DNA from: a virus
Direction: 5' to 3' (one strand)
IMG/VR virus record: IMGVR_UViG_3300046167_000554
Location: 1-64,000 of that record
Length of the DNA stretch: 64,000 bases
A program made the position numbers and the translations under genes. This document shows, in pieces, positions 19,709 to 30,885 of this stretch (within the stretch, counting starts at the first letter, position 1; every line of letters starts with the position of its first letter). The notes under the pieces are model-generated. The model saw only the letters and a program-made list of their open reading frames with translations, was not told where the DNA came from and did no database searches.

Positions 19709-21571
19709 ATGGACGGAAAGAAATTTAACAAATTAGCAAAAGTATCCAAGTCAAGAAAGATGGGTAAAATCATGGTTGATGAAGATGTCATGGGCCAAGA
19801 CCCATTGAAAGGATATCCTTTTCAGAAGAAATTCTCAGTAGAACAATCATTCAGAAACATGGTAGAGACTTCAAACCTTAACTTATCAGAAGATGATGGT
19901 GAAGGTGGTAGAACTGATGGATTGGATAAATCCCCTAGTGAGATGACCCCTAAACAAAGAAAAGCAAAGGCAGACCACGACAAAGCAAAACGAGACAGAG
20001 ATTTAAGAAAGCAACAAAGAGTTGCACAAATGCGAAAAAACCAAGCACATGCAGACACACCTGCTGAAAAGGAAAGAAAGAGAAAAGACAGAGAAAAGAA
20101 TCTTAAAGCGTTTGGTGCAAAGGGTGGTGAAACTGCAAGACAAAGAGCAAATCGTTTAGGACATTCACAATCAGAGAGTAATGAGTTTAACACATACAGA
20201 AACATGATTGATATGTGGGAAGAGAACTTACAAGAAGAAATGATTTCTTACAGAGTTAAGAAGATGCAGAAACCCGAAGAACAAAAATTCATTCGTTCTG
20301 CTAAAATGATGGGTCTAAAGATTACTATGGACAAAGGTAGAGACGATACAGTAATCGTTATGAGTGGAACTAAAAAGAAACTCAGAGACTTTGATGCAGT
20401 TGCAAGAGGCAAATCATCATATGGTGACCCTTCAACAATCAAACACTTTGACGAAGAAATTGTATCAGAAGGTAAGAAGATACAAGACATAGTTCGTAAA
20501 CACAAAAGAGAACTTCAGAAAGCACAGAGAAGTGGTAACCTAGACCTATCTAAGAAAGCAGAAGACGAACTTAGTAATTGGGCAAGTTCCAGTGGTGAGA
20601 TTCGTGGAGACGATGAAGACGAATTCATTGACTGGTTAGATAGTAACCTTGACGATTTAGTTAAAGGTAAAATCAAAGAAGAAGTTATACATGAAGAAGT
20701 GCCAGAATCATTAAAAAATCAAATCAAACAGGCACAAGCAAATCTCGAAAGGGCAAGAAAGTTTAGAGCTCAATCATATGAAAGAGGTGATGGCCAATCA
20801 ACTCAAAGAAGAAGAAAACAGAAAGTTTGGGATGCTGAAGACAAATTACAGGCACTCAGAGATAAAGCAGACCGCCTAAGAGAAGAAAGTACTGTAACAG
20901 AAAATGCAGACATGGTAATCCACGTTGATGATAAACTTCAAACAAATCTTGTCACTAAATATGCAACTAAATTCGGACTAAAATCAAAGAAAACTAAAAT
21001 TTCTTGGTCAGGTAAAGACGGAGTTGTTGTATCAGGTGATGCAAATAAATTAAAGAAGTTTATGTCATCAGTTGAAAAAGTATTTAACGAAGAAACAGAG
21101 TTAACAGAAAACTATAGAAAACTTGCAAAACATGGTATGGGAACAGAGACACCAAAGTCAATCAAAGTAGGAACAGAGATTGATTATTACCAAAAAGATG
21201 GTGCAAAGTATATGGGTAAAGTCACTAAGATGTCAAGACAGTCTTATACTGTAAAAGATGACAAGACTAAGAAAGACCACGAGTTCTTCTACCACGACAG
21301 AATTAAAGCTGCAAAACTTTTAAAACAAGGTGATAATGTACAAGAAGATAAAAGATATGCATTCATATCAACTATCTTAGAAAAAGCATATGACGAAAAT
21401 GATGTAAAGAAAGTTCAACAACTCGAAAAGAAATTACAGGGTATGCTTAAAGAAGTAGACAAAACTATGAGAGGTTCAGGTTTATCTGCACCAGCATTTA
21501 ACAATGTTCGTAGTGGTATTCAAAAAGGTCTTGAATCTATACAGAAGTTCTACAAAATTGCAAGGAAATAA
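19709..21571 (+). CDS. Large modular charged polyprotein (head-internal candidate)
   Basis: About 8 short modules bounded by LSE/LQE/VSE/IHE/VTE/LTE/VQE/ILE. Confidence 0.65.
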   Translation: MDGKKFNKLAKVSKSRKMGKIMVDEDVMGQDPLKGYPFQKKFSVEQSFRNMVETSNLNLSEDDGEGGRTDGLDKSPSEMTPKQRKAKADHDKAKRDRDLRKQQRVAQMRKNQAHADTPAEKERKRKDREKNLKAFGAKGGETARQRANRLGHSQSESNEFNTYRNMIDMWEENLQEEMISYRVKKMQKPEEQKFIRSAKMMGLKITMDKGRDDTVIVMSGTKKKLRDFDAVARGKSSYGDPSTIKHFDEEIVSEGKKIQDIVRKHKRELQKAQRSGNLDLSKKAEDELSNWASSSGEIRGDDEDEFIDWLDSNLDDLVKGKIKEEVIHEEVPESLKNQIKQAQANLERARKFRAQSYERGDGQSTQRRRKQKVWDAEDKLQALRDKADRLREESTVTENADMVIHVDDKLQTNLVTKYATKFGLKSKKTKISWSGKDGVVVSGDANKLKKFMSSVEKVFNEETELTENYRKLAKHGMGTETPKSIKVGTEIDYYQKDGAKYMGKVTKMSRQSYTVKDDKTKKDHEFFYHDRIKAAKLLKQGDNVQEDKRYAFISTILEKAYDENDVKKVQQLEKKLQGMLKEVDKTMRGSGLSAPAFNNVRSGIQKGLESIQKFYKIARK

Positions 21572-21572
21572 C

Positions 21573-21899
21573 ATGACATATAAAAGTCTAGTACAAGTAA
21601 TTAAAGAACACAATGATGATAAAGAAGAAATCATTGAAAGAATAAATTTTCATAGTAAAAGTCCTGCTGAGAAAAAGAACTCAGAGTTCAATAGAAAACA
21701 AGAAATCAATGGTTATAAAAAGATTTTAAAGACTATTGAAAAGATTAACAAAGACCACGAGAAGTTTCAATATAACAATCGTGCAGATGGCCCATCTAAA
21801 ATATTTAAAGGTCTACAACAAGTCGAAAGTGCATGTTATGAGTTGATACGAGAAATTGAACAAGGCAAATGGGATGGTAAGGTAGACTTAGAAGACTAA
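21573..21899 (+). CDS. Hypothetical protein
   Basis: MTYKSLVQVIKE; AGGA RBS. Confidence 0.6.
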   Translation: MTYKSLVQVIKEHNDDKEEIIERINFHSKSPAEKKNSEFNRKQEINGYKKILKTIEKINKDHEKFQYNNRADGPSKIFKGLQQVESACYELIREIEQGKWDGKVDLED

Positions 21900-22450
21900 T
21901 GGAAACAACTCTAACAACAGATGCAAGATTCAAAGTTTTCAAAGAGAAAATAAAGAAACTTGGTTACATGAAAGGTGATGCAAAAGCAGTTGCACAAGTC
22001 ATGGAAAAGGTTGCAGATTTCGGAATGATGTCTGATGCTGGAAACAAAAAGGTTGCACGTGCAGTTTCAAAATCAAAGACTGAAAAGGATTTGAGAACTG
22101 CATTAAAGAAAATTGCAACGATGGCAAAGGGTAAGTATGCAGAAGCAGATGATGATGACGTAGTAGACAGAGCAATCCAAGCTATGGGGTCAACTGCAGT
22201 AGGGATGCAATTACGTCCTGATGCAAACGTACTAACACAGTTAGCAGGAATGGAAGACCTCAAAAAGGATGGGGAAATCAGAACTGATGACATGAAAAAA
22301 ACTAAGGTTAAGTGGGAAGATGCAGTAAAAGTTTATAAGGGATTAATGTCTCTTAAGACACCTATTCGGTCTAAATACTTAAGAATATTACAGAAAGATG
22401 CTAAATCTTTCAAAAAGGTCTTCGACGCAGTGTTGAAGGTCTCTAAATAA
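21899..22450 (+). CDS. Hypothetical protein
   Basis: Coupled ORF. Confidence 0.65.
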   Translation: METTLTTDARFKVFKEKIKKLGYMKGDAKAVAQVMEKVADFGMMSDAGNKKVARAVSKSKTEKDLRTALKKIATMAKGKYAEADDDDVVDRAIQAMGSTAVGMQLRPDANVLTQLAGMEDLKKDGEIRTDDMKKTKVKWEDAVKVYKGLMSLKTPIRSKYLRILQKDAKSFKKVFDAVLKVSK

Positions 22451-22468
22451 AAAAAAGAGGAAACTAAA

Positions 22469-23029
22469 ATGGCACTATGGGGACATACATCAGGAACAGA
22501 ATCAAAACCTAATTGGTTAAGTGATGCTGACAAAACAAATACATCTGCAAAACCACACGGATGGGAACTTAAAAAAGTAGTGGGTTCAAGAACATTAACT
22601 GAGACATTAGTTGCATGGTCTAGTTCTGCACTTACAACTGCACTTGGTGCTGCTGATATCACTGATATCGACTGGAACATCACTGCATTTGATAAATCAG
22701 AAGGTGGAACACTTTCTGTAAAAGTTATCTTTAACGAAGCAGTTGACGTAACTGGAACACCTCAACTATCTGTTGCAAACAATGGAAGTGGAAGAGGCCC
22801 ACACACATTATCATATGCAAGTGGAACAGGTTCTAACGAACTTACATTTACATTAGCAATTGCAGCTGCAAATGCCGCTACGAATGCTGGTGATGTACTT
22901 TCAATTGGTGCTAACGCAGTTGCATTGAATGGTGGAACAATTAAAGATAAAGGAACTTCAACAGTTTCTACAATCACTTCAGTCGCAGGTATAGGAACTG
23001 CTGCTGGAACAATTACAGTAACTGCATAA
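22469..23029 (+). CDS. Virion structural protein with Ig-like beta domain
   Basis: MALWG N-terminus; FNEAVDVTGTPQL...YASGTGSNELTF motif; Thr/Ala/Gly-rich. Confidence 0.6.
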   Translation: MALWGHTSGTESKPNWLSDADKTNTSAKPHGWELKKVVGSRTLTETLVAWSSSALTTALGAADITDIDWNITAFDKSEGGTLSVKVIFNEAVDVTGTPQLSVANNGSGRGPHTLSYASGTGSNELTFTLAIAAANAATNAGDVLSIGANAVALNGGTIKDKGTSTVSTITSVAGIGTAAGTITVTA

Positions 23030-23048
23030 TAGTAATACAGGAAAAATT

Positions 23049-23486
23049 ATGAAAACATTTAAAAACTTTTTGTTTGAAAACTCTCTACATCATTTACAAG
23101 GTGCTGGTCTATCTTCATCACCTGTTCCCCATGACATTACAGATGAAGAGGTCAAGATGAAAGTTAATGCAATTTTAGGTCATGCTGCTACTCAAGAGTT
23201 CATGAACCCTAAAGCTGCAATTGGTCAGATGGAAGCAAAACTTGGTCAACTGGGTATGGCAAGAAAGAATGTACCTACCCAAAACCAAGAGAATCCAGTA
23301 GAAGAAGAGTCTTTTAGTGGAACTGGTGAATTCATGATTGAATTCTCAAGATATGGTGAAACATTTGGTAAGTCAGTGGATACACCACATGACGAATTTG
23401 AAAAAGAAGAACAGGTAGTTTCACTTAAGGTGAAATACGAACAACTAGAAACAGGAACATTTAAAGTCTACGGCTCTCTAGTTTAA
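23049..23486 (+). CDS. Hypothetical protein with CTS-like N-terminus
   Basis: MKTFKNFLFE. Confidence 0.65.
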   Translation: MKTFKNFLFENSLHHLQGAGLSSSPVPHDITDEEVKMKVNAILGHAATQEFMNPKAAIGQMEAKLGQLGMARKNVPTQNQENPVEEESFSGTGEFMIEFSRYGETFGKSVDTPHDEFEKEEQVVSLKVKYEQLETGTFKVYGSLV

Positions 23487-23518
23487 GTAATTCTTAAACA
23501 CCTACATACTATTACATT

Positions 23519-23890
23519 ATGAGTCTATTTGATAAAATAACTGCGAAGAATTTTAATGCGTTTGCATTAAAGAATTACGATGACCCTCAGTGTGAAGACA
23601 TTGAGGATTTTCACGAAGACCTTCGTAGATTCCGATACCTAAAACGTTTACTTCATAGATACCACGAGAGTGGAGAAATGAGGGAACGTCTTATGTTAAA
23701 CCATCTCATTACCATATTCAATGTATTTGGATTTGATGCATCAATGAGAATGTTAGATTTTAAAATTAAAAACGACAAATATTGGTCATCAATCAAAACA
23801 ATGTTATTGTATCTAAGTTATGTGGAAAACACATGGAGAGACGATACACCATTGGATGTACCACTTGCAAATAGACTTAAACAGTTATAG
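23519..23890 (+). CDS. Conserved T4-like hypothetical protein
   Basis: KNYDDPQC...EDLRRFRYLKRL...ERLMLNHLI. Confidence 0.7.
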   Translation: MSLFDKITAKNFNAFALKNYDDPQCEDIEDFHEDLRRFRYLKRLLHRYHESGEMRERLMLNHLITIFNVFGFDASMRMLDFKIKNDKYWSSIKTMLLYLSYVENTWRDDTPLDVPLANRLKQL

Positions 23891-23896
23891 TCACGT

Positions 23897-23972
23897 GCTG
23901 GTATAGCTCAGTTGGTAGAGCAACTGATTTGTAATCAGTAGGTCGTCAGTTCGAACCCGACTACCAGCACCA
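23897..23972 (+). tRNA. tRNA-Thr(TGT)
   Basis: 76-nt cloverleaf: acceptor GCTGGTA/TACCAGC, anticodon loop TT-TGT-AA, TTCGA, encoded CCA; one A-C mismatch in the T-stem. Confidence 0.93.
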
Positions 23973-23997
23973 CATTTCAAAATGCATAAATAGATAT

Positions 23998-24597
23998 ATG
24001 AGAGTAATAGATACACTAATCGTATTCCGTATTCTAAAGATGTTAACTACACCTTTCAAGAAGACTCAGGCATATAAGTTTGGGTTTATCGATGACAGGG
24101 GTAATAGAATCAAATACATTCCAAACCCCGACAATCCTAATGTGAAAGAAAGGAACGACCCAATCACGTCTGAAGAGAAGAGTGCATTAACACCTCTACA
24201 TAGATTAGTATTCAACCTCAAAAAGATTATAGAAAAGGTTCCATTTGGTAAGAGTGCATTTGCATCTTACGCTGTTGCACTTCTATTACTTAAAGAAGAG
24301 ACTGATTTAGATGACGAACAGGGAAGAGAACTATATGAGAAGTTCTATAGATATCTAAAGGATAATGATAAGTTAGTTGCAGAACAAATTACAGAGGCAA
24401 TGCATGTCACTACACTAGTAGAAGGTGACACTTATAATCTAAAGAGACAACTCAAGTATCAGAACAATGATTCTATATACCCCGAGAGAACGGCGGTGAT
24501 AGTAGAATCTACTTACGAAAATGTATTTGGTATCCAAACATACATTGCACACATAGATGACGAAAGAGTCGTGGTGACCCAAGATGATGTTTATTGA
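23998..24597 (+). CDS. Conserved T4-like late hypothetical protein
   Basis: FRILKMLTTPF..AYKFGFID...HRLVFNLKKI. Confidence 0.7.
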   Translation: MRVIDTLIVFRILKMLTTPFKKTQAYKFGFIDDRGNRIKYIPNPDNPNVKERNDPITSEEKSALTPLHRLVFNLKKIIEKVPFGKSAFASYAVALLLLKEETDLDDEQGRELYEKFYRYLKDNDKLVAEQITEAMHVTTLVEGDTYNLKRQLKYQNNDSIYPERTAVIVESTYENVFGIQTYIAHIDDERVVVTQDDVY

Positions 24598-25345
24598 AGC
24601 AAAGATACAACTAAACAAACTTAAGTTTGATGGGAAACATAAGAAGGTTGACCTAGATGAATTGGGTAAATTGTTTGACACTAAGTGTTTAAATGAACTC
24701 AATGTACCTAACCCACCAAAGAACGACAGTGATGTAACACTCAAAGAAGTTAAAGAACTTATTAAGATAAGAAGTAATCTATCAGAGTTCAAGAAGAAAG
24801 CATATCAAGTTACAGACAAAGACCCATCATACTTTATAAAAGATTACATGGACGAACATGGATTAGATTACAGTGAAAAGGACATGAACAATCTCATGGC
24901 ATCATCTAAACATATCGGAAGACACTTTAAGAATAAATTTAATAGACCTAGACCAAGACAAATAGTAGATGCACTAGGATTAGATATGAAACACTTTAAA
25001 ACAGACACAACAACTTCACCATCGTATCCATCCAACCATTCTCTTCAATCAGAAGTTGTTGGTAGATACTATGCAAAGAAACATCCCGACCATGCAGAAC
25101 AGATTATGTCTAATGCAAGAATATCGGGTCAAGGAAGAATAGATGCTGGGGTGCATTACCCTAGTGACGATGCAGTCTCTATGAAGATTGCAGAGGAAGT
25201 AATGTTTAAATACTTCAAGGGAGACATCGAAGAAGATGCACCAATGAATGCAACTGGGTCAGCAGTATCCACTCACCAACCAGTGGTGAGAAAGAAGAAG
25301 AACGACAAGACTATTCTTGGACTTCTGAAACGAAACGCAGTATAA
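24584..25345 (+). CDS. PAP2/haloperoxidase-superfamily phosphatase
   Basis: KNKFNRPRP, SYPSNHS, GRIDAGVHYPSD (the three PAP2 motifs). Confidence 0.88.
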   Translation: MMFIEAKIQLNKLKFDGKHKKVDLDELGKLFDTKCLNELNVPNPPKNDSDVTLKEVKELIKIRSNLSEFKKKAYQVTDKDPSYFIKDYMDEHGLDYSEKDMNNLMASSKHIGRHFKNKFNRPRPRQIVDALGLDMKHFKTDTTTSPSYPSNHSLQSEVVGRYYAKKHPDHAEQIMSNARISGQGRIDAGVHYPSDDAVSMKIAEEVMFKYFKGDIEEDAPMNATGSAVSTHQPVVRKKKNDKTILGLLKRNAV

Positions 25346-25349
25346 TATT

Positions 25350-26531
25350 ATGTTAAAATTTTTGAATTACCTTGCCCTTATTACCTCTATCGGAATCGCA
25401 TCGATAGCTGCATACTTTTCTGTATTGGGACTTGCAACTATATTTGCTGGTGCATTCATGGGTATCGTCATCATGGCAGGTGCATTAGAGTTCGGTAAGA
25501 TTGTCAGTGCAGCCTATCTACATTTGTTTTGGAATAAACTAAACTACTTCAAGTATTACCTAGTGTTCAGTGTAGTAGTGTTAATGTTTATTACATCACT
25601 AGGTATATTCGGATACCTATCCAAAGCACATTCAGACCAAACAGGGGACACTGCAGTTGCACAATCAGTAGTTAATCGTATTGATAATGAAATCCAAAGA
25701 GAAGAGAATAAGATATCAACTTATGAAGATAGGATTGAATCACTGGGTGGTTCTAAGATAGATGTCAGTGATTCTATAAACCAACAGGAAGAGATAAGAG
25801 ATGGTGCATGGGATAGGGTGCAAGGAGATATCGACTATGCAAAGGGTCAGATAACATCCTTAAGAGGTCAGTTAACATCACTTGACACTGCAGTAAATGA
25901 ACTAAGGAACAAGGGAGTCGAGGTCATCACTACTGATGAGGGTGGATTGTTTACTGGTGCAGATACAGAAACCATTGACTATGTTCAACAGGCAAACACC
26001 TTATTCAATCAACAGTCACCTCAAAGAGAACAGATAAGGGATGACATTGCAGAACAACAGAGTAATATAGACAAGTATAGACAGAATGCACAAGACACTA
26101 TTGACACTGCAAACATAGAGATAAAGAGTTTACAACAGTCATCCACGGGAGATGTAGATGACCTAATCAAAAAAACAGAAGATTACACCTTGTTAATCGA
26201 TGAGTCTTATGATATAATAGATGAGTTAAAGTTAGAAAAGTTTGATTCAGAACAGGTTATACTTACACTAGAACGAGAAGTGGGCCCAATCAAGTATATT
26301 GCAGAGATAATATACGGACAAGAAGACAGTGTCAAGTACCTTGACAATGCAGTTAGATGGGTCATATTCATGTTAATCTTTGTGTTTGACCCACTTGCAG
26401 TGTTACTACTAGTGTCATCACTTGCAATGATTGAGAGACAACCTAAGATAAGTAAGTATAAGAATGCACCAATCATCACTAAGAAATATACAGTTCAAAT
26501 CCCAAAGAATCGAATCAAAAACCCCTTGTAA
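25350..26531 (+). CDS. Membrane protein with long coiled coil
   Basis: Three N-terminal TM helices, coiled coil, C-terminal TM FVFDPLAVLLL. Confidence 0.75.
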   Translation: MLKFLNYLALITSIGIASIAAYFSVLGLATIFAGAFMGIVIMAGALEFGKIVSAAYLHLFWNKLNYFKYYLVFSVVVLMFITSLGIFGYLSKAHSDQTGDTAVAQSVVNRIDNEIQREENKISTYEDRIESLGGSKIDVSDSINQQEEIRDGAWDRVQGDIDYAKGQITSLRGQLTSLDTAVNELRNKGVEVITTDEGGLFTGADTETIDYVQQANTLFNQQSPQREQIRDDIAEQQSNIDKYRQNAQDTIDTANIEIKSLQQSSTGDVDDLIKKTEDYTLLIDESYDIIDELKLEKFDSEQVILTLEREVGPIKYIAEIIYGQEDSVKYLDNAVRWVIFMLIFVFDPLAVLLLVSSLAMIERQPKISKYKNAPIITKKYTVQIPKNRIKNPL

Positions 26532-26561
26532 TTTGACCCACATTACTGTATAATAAGGGTA

Positions 26562-27599
26562 ATGTTATGGTTAGAAAGAAAATATCTTTCATTAGTATTG
26601 TCCTACCTTGACAATGCTAAGTGGAAAAACGAGAACACTCTAAACCACCGATGTCCTTATTGTGGAGATTCCCAAAAGAATCCCCATAAAGCAAGAGGAT
26701 TTCATTTTGTTGTGGAACAGAGTTTTGTCTACAAATGTCACAATTGTGGTAAATCAACCTCATCCGTGAAATTTATAAAGGACAATTTTCCCGAAACACA
26801 TCGTGACTATATAAAGGAGTGGTTGAAAGAAAGTGGAAAGAAACCTAAAGTACATGCAAGTGGTCATAAGATGCCAAGTGCAAACGTATATAAGTTTACT
26901 CCAAAAGAGGAAATCCTAAATATGAATGTAGACGATATACCTGCCGTTTGTTTTCCTGCTATGGAAAAACAAGTTGCAAGAGAATATCTACAGGATAGAA
27001 AGATTCCCGATGAGGCAATAAAAAAGTTATGGTTTGTCCCATCTGCACAATCACTAAGTCTTTTATCTAATAAATACAAAGACCGAGTTCTTGGGAATGA
27101 CCCAAGAATTATATTACCTTTCTTTGATGAGGAAGGGGAACTCATAGGTATCAGTGGAAGAGCAATCAATGACTCACCACTAAGATACTTAACTATGAGA
27201 TTCCAAGATGATTCTCCACTCATCTTTAATCTCAACAACGTGGACAAAACAAAAACTATCTTCGTTACAGAAGGCCCGATAGATAGTTTATTCCTACCCA
27301 ATAGTATATCAGTCGGGGGTAGTGATTTCAAAAAGATAGACGATGATATCAAACACAATACAGTTTTAGTTTATGATAATGAACCAAGAAGCACGGAAAT
27401 CCTCAAGAAGATAGAAGAGGTAATTGACCTAGGATGGTCAGTGTGTATTTGGGATGATAAGAGAATATCTGAATGCAAAGATATAAATGATATGATAATG
27501 AGTGGGTTGACAAGTGAAGAAATTGTTGATATTATTAATGCTTGTACATTTGATGGTCTTTCTGCAAAACTAAAACTAATGGAGTACAAGAAAATATGA
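26562..27599 (+). CDS. 61: DNA primase gp61
   Basis: Zn finger CPYCGDS...CHNC; TEGPIDSLF, YDNEPR, KDINDM TOPRIM motifs. Confidence 0.95.
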   Translation: MLWLERKYLSLVLSYLDNAKWKNENTLNHRCPYCGDSQKNPHKARGFHFVVEQSFVYKCHNCGKSTSSVKFIKDNFPETHRDYIKEWLKESGKKPKVHASGHKMPSANVYKFTPKEEILNMNVDDIPAVCFPAMEKQVAREYLQDRKIPDEAIKKLWFVPSAQSLSLLSNKYKDRVLGNDPRIILPFFDEEGELIGISGRAINDSPLRYLTMRFQDDSPLIFNLNNVDKTKTIFVTEGPIDSLFLPNSISVGGSDFKKIDDDIKHNTVLVYDNEPRSTEILKKIEEVIDLGWSVCIWDDKRISECKDINDMIMSGLTSEEIVDIINACTFDGLSAKLKLMEYKKI

Positions 27600-29918
27600 A
27601 CGACACAACAATCAAAGTAGTCAAGTCGGATGGTTCTAAGGTAGAGATAAACTTAGAGAAGATTCATAGAATGGTAGAGAAAGCATGTAAAGGAATTACA
27701 GGTGTATCAGAATCATTAGTTGAAATGAATAGTGGATTACAGTTCTATGATGGAATTACCACAACAGACATCCAAAAGATTTTAGTTAAGTCTGCAAGTG
27801 ATTTGATATCACTAGAGAATCCTAATTACCAATTCGTTGCATCAAGACTATTGTTGTTTGGAATACAGAAACAAGTATTCAATACCAAGTGGAAGGACTC
27901 AACAATTTATCCACCACTTTATGATATCATTGAGAAGAATATCAAACAGGGTGTTTACTCTAAAGATATCCTAAAAGTATATGATGCTTGAAGAGATAGA
28001 CCAGTGCAACAAATACATTAGACATAACAGAGATTTAGATTTCACTTACGCAGGACTACAACAGATTGTAGACAAGTACTTGGTGCAAGATAGAAGTAAT
28101 GGAAAGGTGTTTGAGACACCTCAATTCATGTACATGTTAATTGCAATGACCCTATTCAGAAACTATGACGAAGATAAGAGATTAGACTATGTTAAAAGAT
28201 ACTATGACGCAATATCAACTTTTAAAATCAATATACCCACACCTATTATGGCAGGGGTCAGAACACCATTACGACAATTTGCATCATGTGTCCTCGTTGA
28301 TTCAGACGATACCCTCGATTCAATCTTTTCGAGTGACATGGCAATCGGAAGATATGTTGCCCAACGTGCTGGAATTGGAATTAACGCAGGAAGAATACGA
28401 GGACTTGGTGCAAAGATACGAGGTGGAGAAGTCCAACATACAGGAGTCATTCCATTCCTCAAAAAGTTTGAAGCAACAGTCAGAAGTTGTACCCAAAACG
28501 GAGTCAGAGGTGGAAGTGCAACAGTCCATTTCCCAATATGGCACCAAGAAATCAACGACATTATTGTCCTCAAGAATAATAAAGGCACGGAAGATAACAG
28601 AGTTAGGAAATTAGACTACTCCATTCAGTTATCTAAACTATTCTATGAAAGGTTTCTAAAGAATGAGGAGATTACATTGTTCTCTCCACATGATGTCAAA
28701 GGATTGTATGATGCATTTGGAACACCCGAGTTTGATGAACTCTATGAGAGGTATGAACGTGCAACATCTATTCCAAAGACAAAGGTAAGTGCAAGAGAAT
28801 TGTTTACTGCAATTCTAAAGGAACGTGCAGAGACAGGTAGGATTTACATCATGAACATTGACCATTGTAATAGTCATAGTTCATTCACTGATAAGGTGAA
28901 CATGAGTAACCTATGTCAAGAGATTACATTACCAACAGACCCAATCAGTCACATTGATGGAGAAGGAGAGATTGCATTATGTATTCTATCTGCAATCAAT
29001 GTAGGTATCATTAAGTTAGATGAATTGGGTAATCTATGTGACCTTGCAGTAAGAGGATTGGAAGAGTTGATTGATTATCAACAGTATCCAGTTGAGGCTG
29101 CAGAGAGGTCAACACTTGCACGTAGGTCATTAGGTATTGGTTACATTGGTCTTGCACATTTCCTTGCAAAGAACAAGGTCAAGTATAACGACCCCGAAGC
29201 ACATAGACTAGTGCATGAACTAACAGAGAAGTTCCAATACCATTTATTATGTGCATCTAATCAGATTGCATCAGAGAAGGGTGCATGTGAATACTATGAC
29301 AGAACTAAGTATGCACAAGGTATCTTACCCATTGACACCTACAAGAAAGAAGTAGATGATATTGTCCCAAATGAGTTAAAAGAAGATTGGGAAAAACTAA
29401 GAGTTCGTATCAAAGTTCATGGACTAAGACACTCCACATTGACTGCACAAATGCCCTCTGAGAGTTCCTCAGTCGTCTCTAATGCAACCAATGGAATAGA
29501 ACCACCAAGAGACTACCTTAGTGTCAAGAAGAGTAAAAAAGGAACCCTTAAACAAGTAGTTCCACAATATACTCACCTTAAGAATGCATATACCTTACTA
29601 TGGGATATGGAAGACAACATGGGATACATCAAAGTCGTTGCAGTGATGCAGAAGTTCTTTGACCAAGCAATCAGTGGTAACTGGTCGTATAATCCCGAGA
29701 ACTATGAAAATAATGAAGTACCTATAAGTGTCATGGCAACAGACCTATTGAACACTTACAAATACGGATGGAAGACATCATATTATCAGAATACCATGGA
29801 TGGTAAAACTGAAGATGTAATTACAGACCCAAACTCTGCGTCTAATGATTACATACCACCTATGATGGATTCTCCACCACTTGAAGATGAGGACGATTGT
29901 GAAGCGTGTGCTATTTGA
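27596..29918 (+). CDS. nrdA: Class Ia ribonucleotide reductase alpha (one gene, frameshift near 27985)
   Basis: ATP cone (VVKSDG..INLEKI), PTPIMAG, SCVL, QNGVRGG, SNLCQEI, C-terminal CEAC. Confidence 0.95.
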
Positions 29919-29922
29919 GGAA

Positions 29923-30885
29923 ATGACTGTTGATTATATCAACATGACTGAAGAACCCCATAACAAAATAGAAGGGAAACATCTAACTGGGAGAACTAAT
30001 CCCGAGACATGGTCTTTGATGAAGGATAGGTTTGTTGTATTAAGAAACTTCATACCCGAATCAATTACCAACATGTCATTAGATGCATGGAAGACTATTG
30101 AAAGTAATGAAGAAGTTGATGCAGTTATCTTCCATAAAGAACATGAGATAACCCAAGGGTCACCTAAAGAAAGTCTAGGTAAGTCTAAAGCAGGATACTG
30201 CACACCTCATGGTGTTGCATTGCATAGATGGTTAGGTGATGAACTTAAGGGTATTATTGATATGGATTTAAGAGAGACCTATTCATATACTAGAAAGTAT
30301 GACAGAGGTGCATACCTTAGAGCTCATACTGATAGACCATCATGTGAAATCTCTGCAACAGTTTGTCTTGACTACCATTGTGATGATGGGAAACCATGGT
30401 CGATATGGGTGCAGAATGAAGAAGACTATATTGACTTAGGATGCATGGAAAAGGCATTTGAGATATCACAAGGACTTCCTCATAGAAAGAGAAAGGGAAT
30501 CAAAATTGATTTAGAGGTCGGAGATGTATTATTATATCAAGGGCCGAATGTAATCCATTGGAGAGATTATCTACTAGGAGATTACAGTTACCATATCTTC
30601 ATGCATTTTATTAATAGAGAAGGTAAAATGGGTCAAATTAATGAATGGAGTTCGAATCCCACTGGGGAAGACTATCCAAGTGGAAGTCAGTATCCCGTTC
30701 TAACATTTGATGGTAGGTCGGATAGGTATTCAAAGGAAATTTGGGATAGTCCCCATAAAGAAGCAATGAATAAATTCAATGCAGTCTATGAATCAATAGA
30801 CAATAAGACTAAATATGTTAACAATTTTAGTGACCTAGAATTATATGACCCGAAGGAAAGAAGAAAAAGAAATGACAGTATTTAA
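29923..30885 (+). CDS. 2OG-Fe(II) oxygenase-like protein
   Basis: YSYTRKY...HTDRPSCEISAT...GDVLLYQG...HWR. Confidence 0.8.
   Translation: MTVDYINMTEEPHNKIEGKHLTGRTNPETWSLMKDRFVVLRNFIPESITNMSLDAWKTIESNEEVDAVIFHKEHEITQGSPKESLGKSKAGYCTPHGVALHRWLGDELKGIIDMDLRETYSYTRKYDRGAYLRAHTDRPSCEISATVCLDYHCDDGKPWSIWVQNEEDYIDLGCMEKAFEISQGLPHRKRKGIKIDLEVGDVLLYQGPNVIHWRDYLLGDYSYHIFMHFINREGKMGQINEWSSNPTGEDYPSGSQYPVLTFDGRSDRYSKEIWDSPHKEAMNKFNAVYESIDNKTKYVNNFSDLELYDPKERRKRNDSI

Noticed and set aside
27596-27991. Stand-alone ATP-cone gene or intron-split nrdA
   Set aside because: The frames overlap with no intervening sequence; a single indel near 27985 restores one NrdA.
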